A DNA stretch of 63,036 bases, the filler included, from Octopus bimaculoides (Eukaryota): NCBI RefSeq assembly GCF_001194135.2. It is 5 parts of 5 records of this genome, joined end to end, with 100 filler letters (N's around TTAATTAATTAA, not from the genome) between each part and the next. Parts side by side here need not be neighbours in the genome. Positions count along the whole stretch, not along the records: positions 1 to 26,438 come from NC_068982.1; 4 more parts are not named here. One strand, written 5' to 3'. Under the pieces are notes generated by a model that saw only the letters and a program-made list of their open reading frames with translations, was not told the DNA's origin and searched no databases. This document shows, piece after piece, positions 1-12,846 of the stretch. Made by a program: the position numbers and the translations under genes. Within the stretch, counting starts at the first letter, position 1. Every line of letters starts with the position of its first letter.

Positions 1-10
1 TGTGTGTGTG

Positions 11-342
11 TAGGCGAATGGCTCAGTGGTTAGACCGTCGAGTTTACGATCGTGAAATTGTGACTTCGATTCCCGGACCGGGCTGCGTGTTGTGTTCTTG
101 AGCAATACACTTTATTTCACGCTGCTCCAGTTCACTCAGCTGTAGAATTGAGTAGCGACATCACTGATGCCAAACTGTATCGGTCTTTGCCTTTCCCTTG
201 GATAACATCAGTGGTGTGGAGAGAGGAGGCTGGTATGCATGGGCAACTGCTTGCCTTCCATAAACAACCTTGCTCGGACTTGTGCCTCGGAGAGTAACTT
301 TCTAGGTGCAATCCCATGGTCATTCATGACCGAAGGGTCTCC

Positions 343-344
<2 letters not shown>
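11..344 (+). mobile_element. tRNA-derived SINE with CORE-like domain (family D1; resembles octopus OR2-type SINEs)
   Basis: A-box TGGCTCAGTGGTTAGA, B-box-like ACTTCGATTCCC, CORE-like GTGTTCTTGAGCAATACACTT; related copies at 19576-19745 (+) and 36700-36975 (-). Confidence 0.8.
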
Positions 345-380
<36 letters not shown>

Positions 381-389
381 TCTTTCATT

Positions 390-590
390 CTTTTACTTGT
401 TTCAGTCATTTGACTGCGGCCATGCTAGGGCACCACCTTTTAGTCGAACAAATCGACCGCAAGACTTATTTTTTTGTAAGACTAGTACTTATTCTATCGG
501 TCTCTTAGACTGGACCGCTAAGTTTCGTGGACGTAAACGTACCAACATCGGTTGTCAAGCTATTGTGTGGGGATAAACAGAGACACACAA

Positions 591-626
<36 letters not shown>

Positions 627-687
627 GACGGGCTTCTTTCAATTTTTGTCTACCAAATACATTTACAAGGCTTTGGTCAGCCCGAGG
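390..687 (-). mobile_element. SINE family A, 5'-truncated
   Basis: Homologous to 43676-44080. Confidence 0.85.
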
Positions 688-724
688 TTGATAAATAAAA
701 TACTGTACAACTACTGGTAATAAT

Positions 725-1058
725 ACTATCTACCCCTCAATTCACAATTCCCCTGAGGATAACTTAGCTCTTCAATACTCCCGGTATCGATAAAATGAAG
801 TGTCACACAAATACATAAACTGATATATTCAAATAAGCCATTTCCACAAAATATCCAGCCTTTTGCGCGAGCAAAAGACTGATTAATTTGTAATACAGCC
901 GGGAAGACACATAAAGAAGGCAATTTATAGTATAAGCACAAGACTTGGTATTTTGTGGAAATGGTTTATTTGAATATATCAGCTTATGTATTTGTGTGTC
1001 ACTTCATTTTATCGATATCAGAGGTATTGAAGAGCTAAGTTGAATTGCGAGTAGACAG
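725..1058. repeat. Foldback / MITE-like element with long inverted arms
   Basis: 761-853 is the near-identical reverse complement of 949-1041, with weaker extension outward. Confidence 0.85.
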
Positions 1059-1152
1059 TGTTGAAACAAATATCATAAAGTTTTGTTTCCAATTCGCCAT
1101 ATTAAGGTGCACTGAAATAATAATTGTGTGGTCATTCGCTGACTAACAATCT

Positions 1153-2087
1153 TTTCTACTCTAAGGACAAGGCCTGACATTTGTGACGAGTGGTTGCGGC
1201 TGGAGGATTTCATCGACCCTGCTAATCAGCTGGCATTTCTTTTATTGACCATCAAAAGGATGAAAGGTAAGATTCGACCTCGGCAGAATTTGAACTCAGA
1301 ACGTAAAGACTGTCAGACCTTTTGTCCGGCGTGCTAAAGATTCAGCGAAATCGCCGCCTTTGCCTGGTTAATAACATGTTATATACTTGAGAAAGTTTTC
1401 GTGCGTTTTTATGTGCAAAATTTTCTCCTCCTCCCCTTGTATCGTCTGTCTCCGCTTCCATTATTCTGCTAAACCTGTTTTACTACTACACTCATCTTTA
1501 AGCTTCCCACTGGAAATGTTATTTCGAGTCTCTCTCTCTCTTCTTTTCTGTCATTTATTTGTTATTCCGTGCTCTGTCTCTATTGCAATCATCTGAAGTG
1601 GTTTTAAACTAATGTAAGCAGGAAGTAGACGTTTGAAAGTGAGAGTTGAAACTGAATCCATTCTATAACAGAATCCATTCTACTTCGCAGAAAGCTTCTG
1701 TGCCTAAGAGCGAATGTATGTCCATTTACTCCCTTTCTTTCTTATGCAGATATCTACTTTAAATCTATGTGGCTGACTATTTCACCTCTCTTGTTCCTTC
1801 ACTGAAAGCTTTGCTTTCAAGTTTTTCCCTTCCTTTCTCTTTCTACCCGTAATCCTCTCTGGTTTCCTACAACAGTTTCAAATTTTGGCACAAGACCTGC
1901 AATTTTAAAGGAAGGGGTAACTCGATATCATTGACTCCAATACTTCCCTGGTAGTTATTTTGTTGACCTTGAAAGGATGAAGAGCAAAATTGACGTCGGT
2001 AGAATTTGAACTCAGAGCGTAAATCGGAAGAAATGTCACGAAGCATTATTGTCCAGCTGGGTATCGATTCTGCCAGTTCGCCGCCTT
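1153..2087 (-). mobile_element. Two SINE family B copies (1153-1361 and 1873-2087); further copies at 4150-4354(-), 11239-11452(+), 17514-17935(+, two), 32965-33168(+), 52312-52542(-), 62038-62232(+)
   Basis: Shared GGATGAAAGG..AAGTCGAC...GAATTTGAACTCAGA body. Confidence 0.85.
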
Positions 2088-2329
2088 TCTGGCTCCCTAT
2101 AATGTTATCGGTTAAAACTTATGTAAGAATGCTACGTTCAATGAATTCTTCTCCATGGATTTGCAATTTAATGTTTATTTCATTATCTTTGAATAGCCAA
2201 TGGCAGAATATGCACCACTCGCACAGAGACATGCTTTATACTTAGATCGCTGGAGATTGATACACAGTTGGATGCAAAATAATTGAGAAGGTTCGGTTTC
2301 CCATACCATCAAGTGTAGCAGTGTTCATT

Positions 2330-3349
2330 GTATCACACTGCTCAATTGCTGTGTACCATCCAGTCTGTTTCAACTTTTGCTCACGCACCGTGATGATACT
2401 GCCAAAGAGTTCCAGTATGGAAAATGGGGATACTGACTCTATCGACTAAATTAAAATAAATATGCAACCCTCGTCAATTCTACTCCATGAAATGCACCAT
2501 CTTCAGTTCAACGCATATGGAGCAGCAACGTTGATGGTAGCAGAGATTCTGCCAGACAGTTTGGACATTTTCATACTCTTCTATAAGTTTGTTTGGATAA
2601 ACAATTGGTAAAGAGGCATATCGCTTTCTATTGTGTAATAAAACAGATTTCAGTCTTCTTTTGGAGTGGTTATAAATAGTTGCCAATATGTTCGATATTT
2701 TGGCAGTTCTATCTGCAGAAAAGTCTGGGCGTGTTATTGCTGTAGTTAAGGCCTTCATCATTAATGATGTTAGGATGCTAAAGATTCGACGAACTGCTTT
2801 GAGAGACTAAGGTCTTATTTAGATCCAACTATTTTGATGTCTAAGAACTTCGTATTCATTTTCACAACTCCTAACTGTTGTGGACACTAAACTGCATATC
2901 TTCATCGTATGACAAAGGAAGTTCAGGCACGCATTGGCATGAGAATTACTTTGTAAAGTGGTACAGCTTGCTTTGCAGATTCCAAAGCATTTAAGAACGA
3001 CATTCCAGTGCATAATTTTTCTTGTTTTATTTGTAGCAATTAAAGTTTTCCGTATTAACGACACAAAAATAACAATCTGTCATTGTGGTGGTTTGTCGCT
3101 ATTGCTACCGCATAGTTACTCCAAAATTTAATTTGTTCTGACGATTTGTCGACTGCAGAGGGGTTTTTACATAGACTTCGCATAACTTATGTGTTGCCTA
3201 TGGTGTTCACCCTGGTGTCCACAATTTACTCCAGAATAAATTAAATATGTTTCTTTTACATATATTTCTCTGCGCTTTATAGCATATTCACCATAGATGT
3301 GTCAGAATACGTTTTGATTGGTCAAACAGGCTTTCTGTAATGAACCCAT
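2330..3349 (-). mobile_element. Degenerate Chapaev/Chapaev3-like (CMC) transposase
   Basis: Broken frames give MGSLQKACLTNQNVF*HIYGEY, then DCYFCVVN, DLSLSKQFVESLAS and SKRRLKSVLLHNRKRYASLPIVYPNKLIEEYENVQTVWQNLCYHQRCCSICVELKMVHF. This matches in order the motifs CYICGEY / DCYFC / SKRSLKAVLLHNG / EEYEN / ICVDLKMV that I associate with Chapaev3 transposases. Many stops and frameshifts. Confidence 0.75.
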
Positions 3350-5902
3350 ATTCACTTCTTTGTCTATAAAAATATAAAATCAGATATTCCAGAAAGAATT
3401 TTAAGTTTAGGTTAGCATCAGAAATGAATTAGATAGTTATGTAGAACAGAAGAACATGTAGATAACAAACCTTGCATATATCTGCAAATTTAATTGGTAA
3501 AATTGAACGATTCAGTGATATCGTCAAATATGGCGTACCAAGTAGGTCATCCTCAGCCAGCCGATTTGACGAGTGTCAAAGTGTTATGACTTCTGACTTT
3601 ATCAAACGTAACTCAACTCCTAACCTATATTTCAATCCGATTCGTGAAAATTCTTGTATATCATACGGAGCAACATTACAAATTGAGGGCAATCCATTAT
3701 TTCATAGCAAAGAGTCAATCAGATAAAATCAGTGTTATTTTTGGATTTGGCGCTTCAAATTGCCATAAATCCATTCGAATATTATTGACAACTAAATGAA
3801 AAACAAAACATTCTTGGTCAATTTTATTGATGAAGTATTATCTTCACAATTTCAATTATTTTACCTTCAGATGGAGACTCGATACGTTCTCACGATCTGC
3901 TAGAAACTGCAGTCAAATATCCTGATAATCTATTTTAAACGACAAACAAAAACTAAACGATCTGACACATTCATATATTCAATACTAAAAAAAACAACAA
4001 CATGAACAACAACTACACAAAAACAAATTAAGAGCTTTGCGTGTTATTAAGCGGTTAGAATGGCTATTATACGATATACTTGCTTGAGTTTCAAAATACG
4101 GCTTTAAATCAAACCATTTGCCAGACTAGTACAACTCTGAAATATAGGTTTCAAATTTTGGCACAAAGCCAGCAATTTCCAAGGATGGAGTGAGTCGATT
4201 ACATAAACTTCAGAACTTGTGTGGTATTTACTTTATCGACCCCGAAAGGATGAAAGTCAAAGTCGACAGAATTTGAACTCAGAGCGTAAAGACAAACGAA
4301 ATGTCGCTAAGTACTTTGCCCAGGGGCGCTAACGATTCTGCCAGCTCGCCGCCTTACACGTCTGAAGTATAACTCTGCTGTTAATAAAATTTTCCAGCAA
4401 ATATATTTACTGCTCCTGGATCCAATTATTTCACCAAGCGCAATAAGTTTTCTCAAATTCTCCCCTTTTTCATTATGATAAATGAATATATTTCAAACTT
4501 AATTGTTTAGACCAGAAAAGAGTCCATATAATCTGTAAGAAACAGAATGTCTATGTTTTAAACGTTCATTAAGCATGTTAAGATGTGGTTTCAATTGATA
4601 CAATCTTATTCATTGTCAAGCTTCATAGTTCCTAGAGACGAAAACATAAGAGAAATTGTAGGTCACTCGTTCCTAACTATTCAAATATGATGGAAACCCA
4701 TCTACTACATCAACTGAAATAATTAAAGCATTTTTCTTTTTTCTTTTATTATGACTAATTTATTGTATTTCATAGCTTTTCTATTTCTTATGCACATTAA
4801 GACTATTTTTCTCTAGTGCCAATTTCATGCAATGGATTTTTAGAAAATCTTATTAGAAAAAAGACAGGATGATCCAATAAAGAGGTCTTCATAGATTGAG
4901 GAGTTTAAAGAATTTATTTTTGCTTTGAAACTTTGTTGATTGGTGCCTGTAAGATGTATGTAAAAAAATTATGGGAGTCGCAAGTCTATGGAGAAAAGTA
5001 TTGGCAAGTGTGTAAAGTTTCATCAACTCTGCACTAGTTCTTTCGATCCAGTTAACTATTGTTTTGTGTGCAGTAATAGTACGACTCCAGATATCAGAGA
5101 ATTATTCCTGTATAGGTTGGTCTCACTTGTTTATTATCGAAGGTCAACGATAAAGTTTCTTCTAAAGATAAAGTCGAGAAAGTTAGTTCTTTAATACGGT
5201 GAGATTTATATTCACACTCAGCAACTGATGTTGATCGAATTCAAAAGGTAAAAACAGAAAATAAATAGAATTTCACCACTTTGCAATTATAAATATAGAG
5301 ATTTTAATAAAATGGCATAACTAATTGATTTTAGAGTTACAATTTAATTCAATTGGACTTTTTGGTTTAATTTTAATTTGACTGAATTTAATTACACTTC
5401 AAGAATTAATTTATATTATATTTTCTCCTGGAATACTTCTAAATTTCATCACTAGAGATGCGGTTTAGATTTAGTTGAAATTAAGTTGTACTGTATCAAC
5501 AATTTTAATTATTTATTTGATGCTAAATGAAATTATGCTCAGTGTGCATTGACAAGTTAAATTGAGTTAAACACGGTTACGATGAATTTGAAACGCGTAA
5601 TTGAGCCATAGAAAATTAGGAAGATTTAACATAGAAATAAATTGCATTATAAATATTTTCAAAAAGAATCTACTGAATGGATGAGCAGTTTATCTAATAA
5701 CCATTTGCTTTAATATTTAGTTGCATCTAAAGATTACTAACCCATACATGTTGTTATCATTTATTGATAATTGAAATTCTATCACATATGTAAGTATAAA
5801 CATAAAAGACACATATAAAGATGGTTTGATAAATAGATGAATATATACATGTATGTGCACATGCGGGTATATGCACATCTATAAACATATCTAAAAAGGA
5901 AG

Positions 5903-5933
<31 letters not shown>

Positions 5934-6211
5934 TATATCTGCTGAGTACACTTACCTAAAATATTTTCAATTTACTAACGTCTACAGTAAAGAGAATCAT
6001 GTTCTTGCTAAAATAATACGCAGCATGCAAATTGCAAGATGAGCTGCCTTCAAGTAAATAGCGTAACTGCTATAGACATTGGGACAATCCTCACAGTTTA
6101 ATACAAGGAGTATTGGAGGAACATGCCTCTCAAAATCTCTTTAACATATATGCGACTTGTCTCTTACTGGAGTTTTCGAATTTCTTCACGTGGCCCTATT
6201 TTCCTGTCAGA

Positions 6212-6249
<38 letters not shown>

Positions 6250-6659
6250 TATTTTAATAAATGACTAATATTGGATAATACGTAGTAACTATGTCATTGC
6301 AAATATCAGTATATTATAAATAATTATAAACTTGTTACCAATTCAAATATGCTTGATACGTATTCGAACCCGTACCGATGAAGCTTTAAACTAGCCGTAA
6401 CGATGCCTTTTCTGGTCACAGAGACAAAAAAAACAACTTAATATTTGCTTTAACAATGTGGCTGCTAAAACTGTTGGCTCACTTAACACACACACGCACA
6501 CGCTAACACAGACCTATACACACACAGCTGCACACACACACACACACCTACGCACACACACACGCACATTCCTGGACACACACACAAATATTCACAAGAT
6601 TATAAGTTGACTTTATTTCTCTAAGAGCATTGAATTTCAGCTCAATCGTGTAAATTATT

Positions 6660-7208
6660 TCTTTCTTTATTGTCCACAGGGGGATAAACATAGAGGGGAC
6701 AAACAAGGACAGGCAAAGGAATTAAGTCAATTACATCGACCCCAGTGCATAACTGGTACTTATTTTATCGACCCCGAAAGATGAAAGGCAAAGTCGACCT
6801 CAGCGGAATTTGAACTCAGAAAGTAACGGCAGACGAAATACTGCAAAGCATTTCGCCCGGCGTGCTGACGTTTCTGCCAGTTCTCCGCCCTTAATCATTC
6901 CTTACCTCGTAAAGGTAGCGAGCTGGCAGAATCGTTAACGTACCGGAAAAATGCTTCCTGGTATTCGTTTCGGCTCATTACATTCTAATTTTAATTGTAA
7001 GGGAGCTGGCAGAATCATTATCATGCTGGACGAAATGCTTAGCGGCATTTCGTCCGTCTTCACGTTCTGAGTTGAAATTCTTTCGGAGTTGACTTTGCCT
7101 TTTATCCATTCAGGGTCGATAAAATAAGTAGCAGTTGAACACTGGGGTGGATTTAATTGACTTAGCCCCTCTCCTAAATCTACTGGCTTTGTGCCAAAAC
7201 TTGAACCC
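6660..7208. mobile_element. Head-to-head pair of SINE family B copies (6660-6892 on -, 6911-7208 on +)
   Basis: Both carry the family B head and body, in opposite orientation, about 20 bp apart. Confidence 0.85.
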
Positions 7209-8559
7209 TTATTACTCACCTCGTGAAACCAATATAACTTTACATACATTGTTTCTATTTAATGATTCATTTTTATATATTTTCCGTCTGTAATTAATTT
7301 TTCATACGTAATAATTCATTTGTATTCATTTTTCTTTCCACTTATTTGTACGTAGTAAAACTTCGTTCAGTTTTCAGGATAGAAAAGCATTGTAACACAG
7401 AATTTACAGCTCTTGGAAGCGGGGGTCTTCACTTTGTCTTGCAACTCATTTTGACAAATGTTGTTTTGCTGTATTTTTATTACTCACAGGACATAATTAA
7501 ATCACTAAACATTTCTGACGCAGCTTGAAAGATACACATTTTGCCATTAATCATAAACCAAGTGCAAAACGTTAAATCCAGTTCCATCCTTTCTGACCCC
7601 GCAAGCTTGCTATATAAATTAATGTTTAACTTTTATATATGCTTATGTATAGAAACAAACATTAAAGGATTGTATGTTGGTGAAATTAAGAAGTGAATTA
7701 GTCCAATTTCTTTTCATTAACTTTGACATAATACCTCAATTTTATAGGTGAAGTGGCAACATACAAATCTGAAAGGTTTAAGCCTTTCACTGAAATATTA
7801 ATCACACAAAGGAAACCAACACAAAGAAACAAAATAATTAAAAATGAAATGCCAATTGCACGTGCAAGTGGCAGAGTTTATTGTTGCAATAATCTTCAAC
7901 TCACACAGTCTTGCCACTATGTAGATTACGTCTTCCAAGCACCACCAGATATCTATCTTCGGGTAGCCTATCGAGGCAAATAATGACGTGAGCTTATCAC
8001 ACTCTTATGACCGCTCAAGATAATCCTGAAGCCACATCGACGATTACATGAGTGACACGTCAATTCGTTGTTGACTCGATTATTGCTGTTAGTGACAGAT
8101 CTTCGTTTACCTTATGGAACCTGGCTACGAAACCAGTGTCAGGAATGCTGATGGCGTGTCTCAAATAGACAGCAAGATCGGTAAGCGAGTATGATGGTTG
8201 TCTTACGATTAGTTTTATCCCTCCGTGTTAGCATCAAAATGTATTCGACAAAGAGGATGTGAAATGATTCAAAGATCTTCACATGTCGTGTTACGAAATC
8301 CAAGTAGCGAGTATACAAAAGGTGGTTAAATTCTTTGCATACTCCAGCTCCGTGCAAAGTCCAGGTACTACTTAAAAAAAAAGCTTTTCTTTGAGATACT
8401 CAAATGCAATAGAAACTTGGTGCAAAACATAAAAAAATACAGGAATATAAAATCATAAATTCCTAAGATACTGTGGAACCCATTAGTTGCATCGTTTTTT
8501 TCCGGAACCGGGTTTGTTTTGAGAGTTGCAGAATAAAAACTGCCAGAGTATGAGTGACA

Positions 8560-9100
8560 TAATAGCATTGCTGGTGACAGAAAAATTCCATTTAGTGGTT
8601 GTAACTAGAGGTGAGCCAGTTGTACTGGTCCATAGCTCTGCTTTTTGTGGAAGAGCAAGTCGCCACTTGTGAAACGCTCTATCTGTTGTCAGAAGCCGTT
8701 AAAGGGAGGTTTATGGATGCCTTGGTTAATGATGCGCTGACATGCGTTGATATTGAGGTATCTCTGGATTCTCCTGGATGGTGAACGGGTGTGGTTTCCA
8801 CTAGCCAGATAAATGTTTCCGAGTTCAAAAGTTTTTGCGAACAGGAAGCCTGGTGTTCTCGTAGATTGAGGTCGAGTAAATGGCATATGGAGTGTCGTAA
8901 GGCCCTCCTACTATTCCGGCGCTCGGGCAACGCCAGCGGTGGGGGTTGTACACGTTTTTTATATAGTAGAGTCTGAATGTGACGATGGCCTGGGGGCGAA
9001 TTTAGGTCTCGGGTATATTCAACTTAACAGCCTGTTCCACCGTACATTCAGGTTGAGAACGTTGGACAATTTCCAAAAGTCCTTGACCTGGCAATGTTAC
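8560..9100 (-). mobile_element. Probable L1/Tx1-type LINE ORF2 relic
   Basis: AVKLNIP resembles the L1 AVKMNILP motif, with a downstream KKRVQ...LALPERR segment; GC-rich degraded coding-like DNA truncated by a gap. Confidence 0.4.
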
Positions 9101-9200
9101 NNNNNNNNNNNNNNNNNNNNNNNNNNNNNNNNNNNNNNNNNNNNNNNNNNNNNNNNNNNNNNNNNNNNNNNNNNNNNNNNNNNNNNNNNNNNNNNNNNNN

Positions 9201-9242
<42 letters not shown>

Positions 9243-12200
9243 GCTCTTTTAAAACAGTGGATTGTGGTTTGAAGGAAATATTTTCTAGCAAATCGAAGAA
9301 TCATTAGAAGCCCTATCATGGCTGGACACAAGGGAGATAACAATTAGTTAAGATGCTGTCTGAAGGATTAGAAGCAATGTGGGAAGGGAATGTACATCGA
9401 ATATACAGATTAACCTATATATACAGAATTCAAGTTTCTTATGTGATTTATAGAAAGCAAAATAGTAAGTTTGAACTTACATTGTTGTCGTTTTGTTGTT
9501 GTAGTTGTAAACTCACAGCAATCTTAAGGAAATAGACTTACGTTCAAAACAATCCCAGACTTTTCGGAAACTGTGTATATGACTATATTGTGTCCTTTCT
9601 ACGATGTTACATTTTGATTAGAGGAAAATGCGGCCGCTATTTCTGTCGGTTTGGAGCGGCTTTGGACAGTTATCCTTTCATTTGTTGACTAACTTGGATG
9701 ACAAAAAGTCAGTATTAAGAAGGTATCAATCAAAACAGGAAGCTAAGAACATTAGACATGTTCAAGAGAACTACTCAGTGATAGTAATGAGCTTCTACTA
9801 AATGCGAATGTAGAGGAACTGTGTCCTGTAATATATTGTATGACAACACTCTACTCAGACTCAATAACATTACAGAAGGAAAAGTATTAACTTCTGAAGG
9901 AAAAGAAGTATGTAGCGTTAGAGCTAAGTGTAACAGGTATATCTAAAGTCTTTCATTTGGAATTTTGCATAAAATTGTTCGAATGACAGGGTTCATTGAA
10001 GTAGGCGCTTTCCCTTTGCTTTGTAAATGTTGCTCTACTTATAGACATATATGTACAATATCTATCTTTAGACATGTGTATTATACATATGCGCAAAATA
10101 TATGCATGTTTAAACCATGTATATGTGAGAACATACACTCATGCAGTTAGAAAAAGAATTGTGTGAGTTGTCCACAAAAAGTTGATAGGAAATTAAGCAC
10201 ACAAGAAACTCAAATATTTCTTGTCCCAGTAAAATATGTCGGCTTCTAAACCTAATCTTCTTGGCCTTGAAAATTATTACGGGATTCATTGATGTCGATA
10301 TGGCTGAAGTTACGTTTGAAAAGCTAAGAGTTAGCTGATGTGCCGAGCCAGAGGCGAACGACGTATATGGCTAGTTGCAATGAGGTGTCGGAAATGCGAA
10401 GCGTGAAATGTTGTTCAGAGGATCTTATTTTTATAACTGGTTGAAGCAATAAACTACAGAAACGCTTGACGTTATGCTGCGACATCAAAGAGCAAAAACA
10501 GGACTTTATATATCAACGGAAAAAAAATCATAAAACAATCATTGAACTGATACTTTAACATTATTATCTACATAAATGCTAGTATGAACATATTTTATCC
10601 ATTATATGGAGAAAATATATTCACACCAACAATAAACCTAACAGATAACGGTAATAATAGGATGACTAAAAATATATAATGAAAAATTATAACTTTGTGG
10701 TGGCAACAAGATAGAAATCCTTTATAATTCACTTTATTGCAATGTCAATTGGCATATACGAAACTTCACTTCTATTTCAAACCAGTCCTTCTGATGTTCT
10801 AGTAATGTTTATCTTCTTCCTTATGGCTCCTACTAAAGTCATAGAACAATTTGAAGTAGATTGATTTATTATCTCACTGACTATTCTGCCAATAAAATTG
10901 CTTCAAAATCGTTTTCTCGGAAACGTTAACAATGATCTTTCGAAGTATTGTTCTCGTATATCTAAACTTCTAAATCACTGACCAAAAATAGTAAAGCTGT
11001 TTATCGTTATCAAACAATCCATTTACATCTACTGTAGACACAAAAGTTTTCAAGATCAACCTTACATGAAGATAAATTCTGTCTTTGTTTCTTATAATTA
11101 TTTGGGTCACAAAGACAAATTGAAATCTGAATGCAATAAGTCAATAAGAAAAACGTACAATTGAAATGCAACTAAGATCAATGTTATCTTCATCTCTGCT
11201 AACCTAGCCAACAAATGTTATTAATATTGCAATAATTTTAAGGCGGCAAGGTGGCAGAAACGTTAGCATGCCAGGTGAAATACTTAGCAGTATTTCGTCT
11301 GTCTTTACGTTCTGAGTTCAAATTCCGCCGAAGTTGACTTTATCTTTCATCCTTTCGGGGTCGATAAATTAAGTACCAGTTGCGTACTGAGGTCGATCTA
11401 AACGACTGCCTCCCTCCCCTAAAATTTCGGGCCTTGTGTCTAGAGTAGAAAAAATGTTGTAATGATTTTTCTCTCCTGTATATCGCTATAAAATATATAG
11501 ATAAACTGACCAACAACTCTATTATGTTTGTTTTTCACATTGTGAAAATGTTTTGAAACGTCTTTATATCTCGATTTTTGGAAATGGTGAAAGGCACGCC
11601 ATTTTAATTTTACATTTTACCAGTGGCCACCTTTGATTTTATAAACTTTACATTGTTCTATATGTATATTCACACATACACATACAAACACGCACACACA
11701 CGTGTGTGAACGTATACATTTCTAGGCATATCAAGTACTCATCAATACTTCATTTTGTAAGGAAAGCCTTCTAAAGACACATTTACATCTAAATATCTCA
11801 TTCCCCACTTTCCACGTCTTCAAAGATTTCTTCTACCGTTCAGGTACGCTGCAATTCCATTCTTTTACACAGAGATGCAGTGAGAAGCTGCTTCTTCAAC
11901 TTTCTTCTGGGTAACCTTTCACTCCAATTCAAAATTCATGGCTAACAAATAACTAAGATGTTATTTCGTGTGGCTGCACGGCAATTCATTTTATTGCCGA
12001 TTTTCTACTGTCTTCGAGAAATACGCATATAAGATTTCCATTATATGGAGAGATAATTCTTTTCTTGACAACAAAGGCAGCAATTCCTTTCAAGTCATTT
12101 CAATCTCTGAATTTCACTCTAGTATAAATCATATCACCTAGGGAACCAAAGTTAAACCAGCTGCACAATCCACAATCCAAGTTTTCAGTTGCTTCTAAAT

Positions 12201-12846
12201 TTCCATCACACTTAGTTTAATTTACGGTGAACGTTTCTGCATTCAGCTTAATCTTAATATCAATATGTGAAAATGTTGTACATAATTAGAGATGATATCA
12301 ATTAAATCATGCGTAAATAAATAATAAAAAGAGCAATAAAAATAAGTTGATAAAATTCAATTTCACTACTGTATTAAATCCCTGTCATAAATATTATAGT
12401 ATATAAAATGATAAATTATTACAGAAGTGTTATCACGTGCTATACTTTTATACAAGTTATGCCCAACAGATTATACAAAAATTATTTCTCTGCGTTCTTT
12501 GTAGTTTGTACTTTTATATAGCATAATATTTCATTCAGGTGAGCTAAAGCAAAGGTAACGTCTCCACGAGTCTCTTGTATTTGTTTTCCAGTTCTAGTTT
12601 TTATGTTTTCATTGCATTTAAAACTATTATCAATAACGTAACCTAATTAACAGAAACCACATGCTACGTCATTAGCGGGCTTCATTTTATACTCACATCC
12701 AATGCAAGAGTCAAAGAGGAAGCCTCAAACATCTTCAGCCATGTGTTTCTTAATTTCAATCCTGTCTTTAAAAAAAGGACACATTAGATAATATCAGACT
12801 AGAAGCAAAAAATATTATGGTTATAATTGGAATGCCTTTCACCATA

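Noticed and set aside
11-85. tRNA genes at SINE heads (also 48378-48450, 6360-6410, 36910-36975)
   Set aside because: A and B boxes are present but the cloverleaf is incomplete and they continue into SINE bodies
5956-6250. Possible non-coding - strand first exon ending TTTTAG|gtaagt after a (TC)n tract
   Set aside because: A single good donor in AT-rich DNA is expected by chance; no promoter motifs or downstream exon found
7850-8370. Possible Gypsy RNase H/integrase relic (RNADGVSQI)
   Set aside because: One short motif only; no RT, integrase triad or LTR found
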